From an uncultured bacterium (GTDB taxonomy: Bacteria > UBA8481): a stretch of 56,337 nucleotides of DNA. Each line of letters opens with the position of its first letter. The stretch's first letter is position 1. A program made the translations under genes and the position numbers. The notes beneath the pieces were generated by a model. It saw nothing but the letters and a program-made list of their open reading frames with translations, was not told where the DNA came from and searched no databases. Of this stretch, positions 1-9,056 are shown in pieces. Location: assembly GCA_964499705.1 (NCBI GenBank), contig CAZCME010000012.1, positions 62,001 through 118,337 of the forward strand, written 5' to 3'.

Positions 1-2
1 CC

Positions 3-989
3 GTCGAAAGTTTTCGGGAGGCGTTCGCGCACGTGGCGCCGGGTGGCGCTCTCGCCGTTTCGTTCGCCGCCGTGCGCCAGGACTGGCTATATCGGCGCCT
101 GGCGCACATGCTCCAGACCGCGACCGGAAAAACCCCGCGCGCATTCGCGGATATGCGCGGGCCTGGAATCATCCTGCTGGCGTTCAAGGGCGCCGAACCG
201 GAAATGCCGGACCAGTTTGATTCCTTCCGGCGGATTTCACCGGAGGGAATCGAGAGCATGGAAGTGACGAGCGACGATTGGCCGTTTCTCTACCTGAAGG
301 AGAAAACCATACCATCGGATTACCGGGTCAGCATGGCGATCCTGCTCGTGCTTTCGATTCTCATCGTGTTGTCCACCCGTGATCGATCGCCGACAAATAC
401 CGAAACAATATCTTCGGGCGTCCTCCCCGGATCGGAGGTGGCTCATTTTTTTCTTCTTGGATTCGGATTCATGCTGCTCGAAACAAAATGCATCACGGAG
501 TGGTCGCTTCTCTTCGGAACATCCTGGCTGGTAACCGTGCTCGGGGTAGGAGGCATGCTAATAATGGCACTGGCGGCCAACCTGTCGCTTGGCGCGACCC
601 GCAAGCTGACTTCTACCGTTCTCTATATTTTCCTGTCCTGCTCCCTGCTTGCCGGGTTGCTTCTTCCTGTTTCCAACTTTCTGGCGGAAGCCGAGGCCAT
701 CCGATATGCCGCGGCCGTTCTGACGGGACTGCTGCCCGTATTCTTCGCGGGACTCGTATTCTCACGTTCGTTTTCAACATCGAATAATTCCTGCGCCGCG
801 CTGGGCGCCAATCTCATCGGAGCCACCGCGGGGGGATTCGCCGAATACATGGGAATGATCTGGGGGCTCACCATCCTCGGATTTCTTGTGGCGGCGGCTT
901 ATACCGGCTCCTGGATCGCGCTTTCGCTCGCCGGAAATATTTCGCAACCACCGGATTCGCGGGAAGCTGCGGACTCAGTCGTCGTGTGA
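3..989 (+). CDS. Spermidine-synthase-like/SAM-methyltransferase-fused multi-pass membrane protein, C-terminal part (5' truncated by window)
   Basis: Frame is open from the window edge (VESFREAFAHVAPGG). Motifs TSDDWPFLYL, FFLLGFGFMLLETK and GANLIGATAGGFAEY plus several hydrophobic helices are typical of this fusion family. Confidence 0.65.
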   Translation, partial: VESFREAFAHVAPGGALAVSFAAVRQDWLYRRLAHMLQTATGKTPRAFADMRGPGIILLAFKGAEPEMPDQFDSFRRISPEGIESMEVTSDDWPFLYLKEKTIPSDYRVSMAILLVLSILIVLSTRDRSPTNTETISSGVLPGSEVAHFFLLGFGFMLLETKCITEWSLLFGTSWLVTVLGVGGMLIMALAANLSLGATRKLTSTVLYIFLSCSLLAGLLLPVSNFLAEAEAIRYAAAVLTGLLPVFFAGLVFSRSFSTSNNSCAALGANLIGATAGGFAEYMGMIWGLTILGFLVAAAYTGSWIALSLAGNISQPPDSREAADSVVV

Positions 990-2021
990 AGAATCGCGGG
1001 CAGGGCACCGGATCGTGAATGTGCTCCCCTTGCCCGGAATGCTTTCGACCGTGATGGTGCCGTGGTGCGCCTGGACGATGTGCTTCACGATCGCCAATCC
1101 CAGGCCCGTGCCCCCGCCCTTGCGGCTCCGCGCCTTGTCGACGCGATAGAAGCGCTCGAAGAGCCGCGGCAGATGCTCCGCGGGAATGCCGATGCCGCGG
1201 TCGATGACGCGGATGACGGCATCGCCATCCTGGAGGCTCGCCTCCACCCGCACGACACCGCCGGGTTCGCTGTGCTTGACGGCGTTGTCGACGAGGTTGA
1301 CGACCGCCTGCTCGAGAAGGAGCGGATTCATCGGCGTCACGAGATCCTCGCGGATGTCTGTCTCCAGTCGCACCCGGTGATCGGCCGCGCGGGGCTCGCA
1401 GATCTGGATGACGGACGCGATCAGCGGGCGGACATCGCCGGGCTCGAGCGGAAATTCTCCGCGATCGACATCCTGCTCGATTCTCGACAGGGAGAGCAGA
1501 TCCTCGATGATCGCGTTCAGCCGGTCGGCCTGCTTCAGCGTGATGTCGAGAAACCTCATGGAATTCTCGGGATCGTGGATCGCGCCATCGCGGAGCGTTT
1601 CGAGATAACCCTTGATGGACGTGATGGGCGTCTTCAATTCATGGGAGACATTCGCGACAAAGTCGCGCCGCATCGTCTCCAGGCGGCTTACGCGCGTCTC
1701 GTCGTGCAGGATGATGATGACACCGCGAATCGCGCCGTCACCTTCCCGCAACGCGGTTCCCCGGGCAAGAAGCTGCCGGCCTTTCTCCTCGATCATGCGC
1801 CCGCCGCCGGGAATCGCGGCGCCGGGTTGAAGCATATGCGAAACAAATTCCTGCAGGCGCGCATTGCGCACAACTTCCTGGAGAAATCTTCCGCGCGAAG
1901 CGGATGCATCCACGCCGAGGCAGAGCGCCGCCGCTTCATTCATTCTCACGACGCGCTCATCGACCGACAGAATCATGACCCCTTCGCTCATGACGGACAG
2001 CAGCGCTTCCAATTCAGTCAT
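975..2021 (-). CDS. phoR: Phosphate regulon sensor histidine kinase PhoR, soluble form (PAS-HisKA-HATPase, no TM segment)
   Basis: RRDFVANVSHELKTPITSIKG H-box, NLVDNAVKH N-box, FERFYRVDKARSRKGGGTGLGLAIVKHI. Directly downstream of phoB. An in-frame TAG at 2057-2055 rules out an N-terminal extension. Confidence 0.9.
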   Translation of the reverse strand: MTELEALLSVMSEGVMILSVDERVVRMNEAAALCLGVDASASRGRFLQEVVRNARLQEFVSHMLQPGAAIPGGGRMIEEKGRQLLARGTALREGDGAIRGVIIILHDETRVSRLETMRRDFVANVSHELKTPITSIKGYLETLRDGAIHDPENSMRFLDITLKQADRLNAIIEDLLSLSRIEQDVDRGEFPLEPGDVRPLIASVIQICEPRAADHRVRLETDIREDLVTPMNPLLLEQAVVNLVDNAVKHSEPGGVVRVEASLQDGDAVIRVIDRGIGIPAEHLPRLFERFYRVDKARSRKGGGTGLGLAIVKHIVQAHHGTITVESIPGKGSTFTIRCPARDSSHDD

Positions 2022-2022
2022 G

Positions 2023-2125
2023 AGGGGACATTCTCCAACATTGCAACATTGTAACTACATGACTTGCGTTTCACATTCGCTAACTCCCTGTATTCCCAAT
2101 GTTGCAATGTTGGAGAATGTCCCCT
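2023..2125. repeat. Perfect 29-bp inverted repeat with 45-bp spacer (REPIN/MITE-like element)
   Basis: 2023-2051 AGGGGACATTCTCCAACATTGCAACATTG is the exact reverse complement of 2097-2125 CAATGTTGCAATGTTGGAGAATGTCCCCT. It fills the whole phoB-phoR intergenic gap. Confidence 0.9.
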
Positions 2126-2810
2126 ATCCCTTGAAACGGTAGCCCACGCCGCGGACGGTCTCGATGATCTTGCCGGCCGATCCCAGTTTTTTCCGCAGGC
2201 CGACGATCTGGACGTCGACGGAACGCTGGGTGACGGGGTAATCGTCACCCTGGACGGATTCGACGATCTGGTCGCGTGAATAGACCCAGCCGGGCTTCCT
2301 GGCCAGCAGGTGAAGAAGCCGGAATTCGGTGAGCGTCAGGGTGACGGGCTTCGCCTTCACGAGCACTTCGTGGCGGCCGGGATGGATGAGGAAGTCATGG
2401 ATCTGTATGACGGCGTTTTCGTCCTTGTCGCTTTCGCGGCGTCGGCGGAGGATGCTGCGGACGCGCGAAATGAGGACGCGGGGGCTGAAGGGCTTGGTGA
2501 TGTAATCGTCGGCGCCCAGTTCAAGTCCGGAGACGATGTCGGCTTCCTCGCTCCGCGCGGTCATCATGATGATGGCGATATGAGCCGTCTTCTCGTCGCG
2601 CTTCAGGAGGCGGCAGACCTCCAGGCCGTCGATCCCGGGCAGCATGAGATCGAGGAGGATGAGGTCGGGCTTCTTGGAGCGGGCTTCCTTCAGCGCGAGT
2701 TCGCCGGAAGCGACGCCGCTCACGACGAAACCTTCCCGCGAAAGATTGTACTGCACCAGCTCGAGAATATTCTCCTCGTCCTCGACGACGAGCACGCGCT
2801 CCTTAGCCAT
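2124..2810 (-). CDS. phoB: Phosphate regulon response regulator PhoB/PhoP (OmpR family)
   Basis: REC domain (VVEDE, LLDLMLPGIDG, GADDYITKPF) plus winged helix (RSVDVQIVGLRKKL, IETVRGVGYRF). Lies between phoU and phoR. Confidence 0.93.
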   Translation of the reverse strand: MAKERVLVVEDEENILELVQYNLSREGFVVSGVASGELALKEARSKKPDLILLDLMLPGIDGLEVCRLLKRDEKTAHIAIIMMTARSEEADIVSGLELGADDYITKPFSPRVLISRVRSILRRRRESDKDENAVIQIHDFLIHPGRHEVLVKAKPVTLTLTEFRLLHLLARKPGWVYSRDQIVESVQGDDYPVTQRSVDVQIVGLRKKLGSAGKIIETVRGVGYRFKG

Positions 2811-2828
2811 GGTCGGATCCCACGCCAG

Positions 2829-3512
2829 TCATCGACCGTTCTCCTCCGGCGTGTATTCCTCGGGCCTGTGGCGGACGATCTCGCCCTCGATCATGTAGAT
2901 GACGTCCTCCGCGATGTTCGTCGCGTGATCCGCGATCCGCTCCAGGTGCCTCGAGACGGCCAGCAGGTGGATGAAGATCTCGATGTATTCGATTCGCGCC
3001 GTGATCCCGTCGCGGACGCGCGCGTACATATCGCGGTTGATAAGGTCGATCTCGTCATCGGCCGCGCAGACCTTGCGGGCCAGGTCCGCGTCGAGATTGA
3101 CGAGCGCGTCGAGGCTGTGGCGGAGCATCTCCTGTGTCTTCTCCGACATGCCGGGGAAATCGAAGGGGATGTCGACCGGGTCCCTGGTCGCCAGGAACGA
3201 GGCCCGCTCCGCGATGTTGACCGCGAGATCGCCGATCCGTTCCAGCTCGTTGTTCATCTTGATGACGCAGATGATGAACCGGAGGTCGATGGCAACGGGC
3301 TGATGCAGGGCGAGGAGCTTCAGGCATTCCTCCTCGATAGCCACTTCCATGTTGTCGATCGCGATGTCGCCGTCGATGATCCGCGCGGCGAGGCGCCGGT
3401 CGCGCGTCTGGACAGCGCGAACCGCGTCCTTCACGCTCTCCTCGACCAGCGCGCTCAACGTGAGTATGCGCTTTTTAAGGTCCCCGATTTCCTTCTGCAG
3501 ATGCTGGGCCAT
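2829..3512 (-). CDS. phoU: Phosphate signalling complex protein PhoU
   Basis: Two PhoU repeats: HQPVAIDLR...ELERIGDLAVNIAE and HLERIADHATNIAEDVIY. Confidence 0.95.
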   Translation of the reverse strand: MAQHLQKEIGDLKKRILTLSALVEESVKDAVRAVQTRDRRLAARIIDGDIAIDNMEVAIEEECLKLLALHQPVAIDLRFIICVIKMNNELERIGDLAVNIAERASFLATRDPVDIPFDFPGMSEKTQEMLRHSLDALVNLDADLARKVCAADDEIDLINRDMYARVRDGITARIEYIEIFIHLLAVSRHLERIADHATNIAEDVIYMIEGEIVRHRPEEYTPEENGR

Positions 3513-3532
3513 GCCCGTTGCTCCTTCGCTGC

Positions 3533-4318
3533 TCAGCCGAAACGGCCGGTGATGTAATCCTCCGTCTTCTTTTCGGAGGGATTCGTGAAGATGTGTTTCG
3601 TCGCGCCGAATTCCACGATCCTGCCCTCGTAGAAGAAGGCCGTGAAATCCGAGATGCGCGCCGCCTGCTGCATGTTATGCGTAACGATTCCGATGGTGTA
3701 CTGCGTTTTGAGATCCTCGACAAGTTCCTCGATCTTCGCCGTCGCGATCGGATCGATCGCCGAGGTCGGCTCGTCCATCAGGACGACCTCGGGTTCCACG
3801 GCGATCGCGCGGGCGATGCAGAGCCTCTGCTGCTGGCCGCCGGAGAGAGCGGTACCGGGATGGTTCAGCTTCTCCTTCACCTCTTTCCAGAGCGCGGCGC
3901 GCTGCAGGGCGCTCTCGACGCGATCGGCGATCTCCGCGCGCGACGCCTTGAAGTGCAGCCGCAATCCATAAGCTACGTTCTCGAAGACGCTCATCGGAAA
4001 AGGCGTCGGCTTCTGGAAGATCATGCCCACCTTGCGGCGGAGCTCGATCAGGTCGGTGGAGGCGTCGAGAATGTTGCGGCCGTCGAGAATGACCTCGCCG
4101 GTCGCCCTCTGGTCGCGATACATCTGGTAGATGCGGTTGAAGACGCGGATGTGCGTGGATTTTCCACAGCCGGACGGGCCGATGATCGCGGTGACGCGCT
4201 TTTCCGCGAATTCGATCGTGTTATCGTGAAGCGCCTGGTGGCCGCCGTAGAAGAAGTTCAGGTTGCGGACCGAGATCTTCCCCGGCTCCTTCAACGCCTT
4301 GTCGTGCGTTTCGCTCAC
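3533..4318 (-). CDS. pstB: Phosphate ABC transporter ATP-binding protein PstB
   Basis: GPSGCGKST Walker [30 protein letters not shown]-terminal [10 protein letters not shown]. Start placed at GTG 4318 overlapping the pstA stop (GTGA); the 680-aa track ORF is over-extended. Confidence 0.93.
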   Translation of the reverse strand: MSETHDKALKEPGKISVRNLNFFYGGHQALHDNTIEFAEKRVTAIIGPSGCGKSTHIRVFNRIYQMYRDQRATGEVILDGRNILDASTDLIELRRKVGMIFQKPTPFPMSVFENVAYGLRLHFKASRAEIADRVESALQRAALWKEVKEKLNHPGTALSGGQQQRLCIARAIAVEPEVVLMDEPTSAIDPIATAKIEELVEDLKTQYTIGIVTHNMQQAARISDFTAFFYEGRIVEFGATKHIFTNPSEKKTEDYITGRFG

Positions 4319-5172
4319 GCCGCATGCCTCCTCTCGGACAGCGCGAATCGGGCTCCCACGGAGAGAACAAGCACGCCGGCGGTGATAAGGAGCGACGAGC
4401 CCCACGCCAGTTTCTGCCAGTCCTCGTACGGAGACATCGCGAAATTGAAGATCGTCACCGTGAGATTCGCGGTCGGCTGGGAGAGCGTCTCCACCCAATA
4501 GGGGCTGTTCAACGCGGTGAAGAGGAGCGGGGCCGCCTCGCCGCTGACGCGGGCAATCGCCAGCAGCACGCCTGTCAGGAGCCCGGCGCGGGCGGAGCGA
4601 AAGACGATCTGGAGCGTGACGCGCCAGCGCGGAGCGCCGAGAGCGAGCGCGGATTCGCGGAGCGTATTGGGGACGAGGCGGAGCATGTCCTCGGTGGTCC
4701 TCGTGACGATGGGAAGCATCATGATCGCGAGAGCGAGCGAGCCGGCGTATCCGGAAAAGTGGCCGAACGGGACGACGACGAGCGTGTAGACGAAGACGCC
4801 GACGATGATCGACGGCATGCCCATGAGGACGCTGGAGACGAACCGGGCGGCGGATGCGAGACGGCTGTGTTCGTCGTACTCCGCAAGGTAGATGCCGGCG
4901 AAGATGCCGATCGGCACTCCGATCGCCGTCGCGAGGCCGGTGATCATGAGCGTGCCGAGGATGCAGTTCCCGACGCCGCCGCCGCCCATGCCCGGAGGCG
5001 TGGGAAGCTCGAAGAAGAAGGAGCGTTCGATCGAACCGATACCTCGTCGCCCCACTTCCCACAGGATCCAGGCGAGAATCGCGATGCCGGCGCAGGCGGA
5101 GAGACCGGAGAGAACCTTGACGGTCGCGTCCACAGCAAGACGGGGCGTTGCGGATCGGAGGCGCATGGTCAT
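4315..5172 (-). CDS. pstA: Phosphate ABC transporter permease PstA
   Basis: [34 protein letters not shown] loop, [13 protein letters not shown]. Confidence 0.93.
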   Translation of the reverse strand: MTMRLRSATPRLAVDATVKVLSGLSACAGIAILAWILWEVGRRGIGSIERSFFFELPTPPGMGGGGVGNCILGTLMITGLATAIGVPIGIFAGIYLAEYDEHSRLASAARFVSSVLMGMPSIIVGVFVYTLVVVPFGHFSGYAGSLALAIMMLPIVTRTTEDMLRLVPNTLRESALALGAPRWRVTLQIVFRSARAGLLTGVLLAIARVSGEAAPLLFTALNSPYWVETLSQPTANLTVTIFNFAMSPYEDWQKLAWGSSLLITAGVLVLSVGARFALSERRHAA

Positions 5173-6150
5173 TCAGGCCCGCGCCGTCACGCGGCCGAGA
5201 CGCGACATCCAGAAATAGGCGGCGGCCTGGAAGACGACGGAGATCGCCATGAGCGCAAGTCCCAGTTCCACGAGAGAACTCAGGTACATCGGCGTCGTCG
5301 CCTCGCTGAACTCGTTCGCGAGCGTCGCGGAGATCGTGGTGCCGGCGGCGAAGAGTGACGTGGAGAGCGTGTGGTCGTTTCCAATGACGAACGTGACCGC
5401 CATCGTCTCCCCGAGCGCCCGGCCCAGGCCGAGAAAGACCGCTCCGATGATGCCACGGAGCCCGTAGGGGATGCTGACATTGCGCGTGACTTCCCATGTC
5501 GTGGCGCCCATGCCGTACGCCGATTCCTTCAGGACCGGTGGCACCATCTTCAGAACGTCGCGCGTCACGGCGCAAATGTACGGCAGGATCATGAAACCGA
5601 GGATGATGCCGGATGTCATCATGCCGATCCCCATCGGCGGCCCGGAGAAGAGCGGGATCTCGCCGAACGTTTCCTGGATCCAGGGCTGAACATGATCGGC
5701 GATGAGGGGCGAAAGAATGAAGAGCCCCCAGATGCCATAGATGATGCTCGGGATCGCGGCGAGCAGCTCGATCGCATCGCCGACGACGCGCGACAGGAGC
5801 GGGGGCGCGAGCTCGACCAGGAAGAGCGCGATCGCCATGCTGAGAGGAACGGCCAGGAGCATGGCTAGGCCGGAGGAGACGATGGTGCCGTAGATCGAGG
5901 AGAGCGCGCCGAAATCCTCCGTGACGGGATTCCAGACGTCGCGCGTGAAGAAGGAAAAACCGAACCGGGCGATGGAGAGGCGCGCGTTGATGCAGAGTTC
6001 CAGGAAGATTCCTCCCAGGAGAACGATGACCGTGCTCGCCGCTACCGCGGCAGACGTGCGGAAGAGAAAATCCGGCAGGGCCTTGGCCCCGGGCGGCAGG
6101 GCGCGAGGGGCCGTCTCGCGCGACGCCTCGCCGGACGCGTCAGGAACCAC
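5173..6150 (-). CDS. pstC: Phosphate ABC transporter permease PstC
   Basis: [52 protein letters not shown]. Start uncertain; GTG 6150 near the pstS stop chosen. Confidence 0.9.
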   Translation of the reverse strand: MVPDASGEASRETAPRALPPGAKALPDFLFRTSAAVAASTVIVLLGGIFLELCINARLSIARFGFSFFTRDVWNPVTEDFGALSSIYGTIVSSGLAMLLAVPLSMAIALFLVELAPPLLSRVVGDAIELLAAIPSIIYGIWGLFILSPLIADHVQPWIQETFGEIPLFSGPPMGIGMMTSGIILGFMILPYICAVTRDVLKMVPPVLKESAYGMGATTWEVTRNVSIPYGLRGIIGAVFLGLGRALGETMAVTFVIGNDHTLSTSLFAAGTTISATLANEFSEATTPMYLSSLVELGLALMAISVVFQAAAYFWMSRLGRVTARA

Positions 6151-7243
6151 TGTTCGACCAGACCGGTTTTCCGCCGCTGGACATCCGGCTGGTCCAGGAT
6201 GCGCGAACCAGGTCGGCGACCGTGCCGGGCAGGGAGACGTAGTCAAGTTTCTTCGCGGACGGCTCGCCGTTTTTATAGGCCCAGTCGAAGAATTTCAGGA
6301 CCGCGAGCGCCTTGGCCGCGTCGGGCTGCTCTCGATGCATCAGGATGAAGGAGGCTCCGGTGATCGGCCACGTGCGGGCGCCAGGCTGATCGACGAGAAC
6401 GAGATAATATCCCGGAGCATTCGCCCAGTCCGCGTTCGCGGCGGCCGATTGAAACGTCTCGATCGAGGGCTCCACGAAGGATCGATCGCGGTTTTCCATG
6501 AGCACGTGCGCCATCTTGTTCTGGAGCGCGTAGGCGAACTCCACGTAGCCGATCGAACCCTTCACTCTTTCCACGTAGGACGAGACGCCCTCATTGCCCT
6601 TGCCGCCGACTCCGGACGGCCATTCCACGGAAGTACCGGAGCCGGATTTCGACTTCCAGGATTCGGAAACGGCGGAGAGAAAGTTGGTGAAGATCCACGT
6701 CGTACCCGATCCATCGGCGCGATGAACGACGGTGATGTCCTGATCGGGCAGAGAGAGACCGGGATTGGCCGAGGCGATCGACGGATCATTCCATTTCCGG
6801 ATCTTGCCGAGAAAGATGTCCGCCAAAAGTGTCCCGGTCAGCTTCAGTTGACCTGAAGAAATGCCTTCGACGTTGATGACGGGCACGACGCCGCCGATGA
6901 CCATGGGAAATTGGATGAGCCCCTCGCTGTCGAGGACATCGGATTTCAACGGCGCATCGGATGCTCCGAAGTCGACGGTCTTCGCCTTGATCTGGGCGAT
7001 TCCGCCGCCGGATCCGATGGATTGATAATTGAGCTTCACGCCGGAAGCGGCCCCATACTCATGAGCCCACTGGGCGTACAAAGGATAGGGAAAAGTCGCG
7101 CCGGCGCCGTTCAACGTGATCCCGGAGGAGGACGTGCTTCCCGCGGACGTGACCGGCGCGGAACCTCCACCGCAAGCTGTTGCCGCCATCGTCAGGGCCA
7201 GGCCCAAGAGAAACTTGATCATCCTGTTGGTCATCATTTGCAT
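6140..7243 (-). CDS. pstS: Phosphate ABC transporter substrate-binding lipoprotein PstS
   Basis: GAGATFPYPLY, YQSIGSGGGI, DFGASDAPL, HRADGSGTTWIFT, GKGNEGV. Lipobox-like ATAC. GAGGTG RBS before ATG 7243. Confidence 0.95.
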   Translation of the reverse strand: MQMMTNRMIKFLLGLALTMAATACGGGSAPVTSAGSTSSSGITLNGAGATFPYPLYAQWAHEYGAASGVKLNYQSIGSGGGIAQIKAKTVDFGASDAPLKSDVLDSEGLIQFPMVIGGVVPVINVEGISSGQLKLTGTLLADIFLGKIRKWNDPSIASANPGLSLPDQDITVVHRADGSGTTWIFTNFLSAVSESWKSKSGSGTSVEWPSGVGGKGNEGVSSYVERVKGSIGYVEFAYALQNKMAHVLMENRDRSFVEPSIETFQSAAANADWANAPGYYLVLVDQPGARTWPITGASFILMHREQPDAAKALAVLKFFDWAYKNGEPSAKKLDYVSLPGTVADLVRASWTSRMSSGGKPVWSNSGS

Positions 7244-7264
7244 GTTGCTCTCACCTCTTCCCGG

Positions 7265-7320
7265 ATAGTAGATCCGCAAATCGTTAGCGGAATATTAGCG
7301 CCGTGTTAGATGTCGGTAAG
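7265..7320 (-). promoter_or_regulatory. Putative Pho-box promoter of the pst operon: four 11-bp-period repeats plus -10
   Basis: Minus strand reads CTTAC-cgacat-CTAAC-acggcg-CTAAT-attccg-CTAAC-12 nt-TACTAT. Plus-strand repeat starts are 7316, 7305, 7294 and 7283; -10 at 7270-7265. Confidence 0.7.
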
Positions 7321-7409
7321 GATCCTGTCCCCCGATTTCAGGAGCCAGGAAAAAGGCCGCACAAAATTACGCCATTTGACTCGCAAGGAGAATTTTCTGC
7401 CGACGCCGA

Positions 7410-7418
7410 TGCTATAAT
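7410..7418 (+). promoter_or_regulatory. Extended -10 promoter (TGcTATAAT) for the 7457 gene
   Basis: Perfect TATAAT with TG at -15/-14, followed by a GGAGG RBS before ATG 7457. Confidence 0.5.
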
Positions 7419-7456
7419 TCCTCCAAAAGAAGCAGGCAATTCAGGAGGGGGAAATC

Positions 7457-7999
7457 ATGAAGCGTTTATGGGCGATCACCATCGCACTTTTTCTTTTGGG
7501 AACGGTCATCACCGACGCATCGTCGTATGTTCAGCCGCCGCCATCCATGGCGGGGCTCAAGGGCCTCAGGTCCGTCGTCCTTGATATCCAGGTGCTCGGC
7601 CTGCTGCCGATCTCCGTCGTCTCGAATGAGCAACTGCGGATGGACATGCGCAATCTCATCGCGCGAAGGCTGCAGCAATCCGGAATCACGGTCTATGACA
7701 CCGTGAGCACGTCTCCCCCCGCGGACGGCGTCCTGTATGCCCACATCACGATGCAGGAAGCCAGGAACACCGACGGCATCGGGACGGGGCTCTTTATCGG
7801 CAGCGTCGATATGAACCTGGGGCAAAGGGTTTACCTCGCCCGGCCGATCCAGGACGATCTCGTCGCGGCGGTCGGCGTCACGTGGATCCGCCAGTCGACG
7901 TTCCTGGCCGGCAACGGCACCAGCATCGCTTCGCTCGTCCATGACCGGGTGAGCGCGGACATCGAAGCATTCCTCACCGACTGGAGAGGACAGCAATAA
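7457..7999 (+). CDS. Hypothetical secreted protein (180 aa)
   Basis: Strong RBS (AGGAGGGGG) and signal peptide MKRLWAITIALFLLGTVITDA. No family recognised. Confidence 0.75.
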   Translation: MKRLWAITIALFLLGTVITDASSYVQPPPSMAGLKGLRSVVLDIQVLGLLPISVVSNEQLRMDMRNLIARRLQQSGITVYDTVSTSPPADGVLYAHITMQEARNTDGIGTGLFIGSVDMNLGQRVYLARPIQDDLVAAVGVTWIRQSTFLAGNGTSIASLVHDRVSADIEAFLTDWRGQQ

Positions 8000-8548
8000 C
8001 TATTCGAGCCCATCCTCCCACTCGGGAAGCGATCCGCCGGGCGCGAGACAGAAGCAGGAATCCTGCGAGGTAGCGGGAGGAATGCTCGCGCTTCCGACCG
8101 GCGGGATATCGATATCGAGGATCTTCCGGACCTTATCGATCAGGGAACGCGGACGAAACGGTTTTGTGACGTATGCGGCGGCGCCCGCGCGAAATCCATT
8201 TTTCTGATCCTCGGGATCGGTGCGGGCGGAGACGATCACGATCGGGATCTTCGCCGTCACGGCATCCTGCTTCAGGCGGCGGCAGACCTCGAATCCGTCG
8301 ATCCCCGGCAACATCAGATCGAGGAGAATGATATTCGGCAGGCGCGCCCGCGCTATGCTGATGGCCGACTCCCCTGTCGAAACGCTCGTCACGTAGAACA
8401 TCTCCCGCACGAGATTGTATGCGATCATTTCGCGGATATATTTTTCATCCTCCACGATCAAAATGTGGATGTGCCCCTCGCCCCTTGAAAATTCAAAATC
8501 ATGCGACTCTCTCACGCTTTTCTCCTTTCTCATTCCGTCTTCAGGCAT
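8000..8548 (-). CDS. Single-domain response regulator (PhoB-like receiver, no output domain)
   Basis: ILIVEDE, ILLDLMLPGIDGFEVCRRLKQD, AYVTKPF; closely resembles the PhoB REC at 2124-2810. Start may be 8533. Confidence 0.8.
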   Translation of the reverse strand: MPEDGMRKEKSVRESHDFEFSRGEGHIHILIVEDEKYIREMIAYNLVREMFYVTSVSTGESAISIARARLPNIILLDLMLPGIDGFEVCRRLKQDAVTAKIPIVIVSARTDPEDQKNGFRAGAAAYVTKPFRPRSLIDKVRKILDIDIPPVGSASIPPATSQDSCFCLAPGGSLPEWEDGLE

Positions 8549-8624
8549 ATTTCACACGGGAAATGTTCAGAGATTGCAAGCGGGAGGTTCCCTTTGGGTT
8601 AAATCGCGAGCTCCTGCGCGAGAT

Positions 8625-9056
8625 TCACGGAATCAGCAGCGTCCCCAGCGCGAAGGCTCCGAAGACCCAGTAATCCGACGGCAGGCCGAACCACCAGCGC
8701 TTATGCCAGGGCACGGAAGCGGGATGGAAGCGACGCCATCCGAAGCGCGGATTGAAGACGAACCAGAGGAAATCCTCCACGACCCAGAAGACGGAATAGC
8801 CTCCGAGAAGTCGCAGCTCGTTGCGGATCGTCCAGGGCCAGTCGAGAAAGAACGGGAGGTGGAAGACGAGGAGAACGAAGGTGAACGCCCAGAAGTGATA
8901 ACCCGTGAGCGGCCGGCCGCCGTAAAAAACATCAAGCATCCAGTGCTTCTCGATCCGCCATGTGGGAAGACCGGCGGCCCATCCCTGTTCGCCTTCGATC
9001 TCAATCTCGAGCTTGGCCCAGGCGACAGCGAGAAGAAGGCCGAAGAGGAAGATCAC
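8625..9056 (-). CDS. Small uncharacterised membrane protein (143 aa), coupled to the glycolipid synthase
   Basis: Hydrophobic, Trp/aromatic-rich (LEIEIEGEQGWAAGLPTWR, RPLTGYH, VEDFLWFVFNP). GTG 9056 overlaps the upstream stop (GTGA). Confidence 0.7.
   Translation of the reverse strand: MIFLFGLLLAVAWAKLEIEIEGEQGWAAGLPTWRIEKHWMLDVFYGGRPLTGYHFWAFTFVLLVFHLPFFLDWPWTIRNELRLLGGYSVFWVVEDFLWFVFNPRFGWRRFHPASVPWHKRWWFGLPSDYWVFGAFALGTLLIP

Noticed and set aside
2018-2248. 76-aa minus ORF as a frameshifted PhoR N-terminus
   Set aside because: Mostly overlaps phoB out of frame and the palindrome. It has no TM or HAMP character.
4319-5575. N-terminal ~420 aa of the 680-aa ORF 3533..5575
   Set aside because: Alternative-frame read-through over pstA/pstC. 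Only the last 261 aa are PstB, starting at the GTGA overlap.
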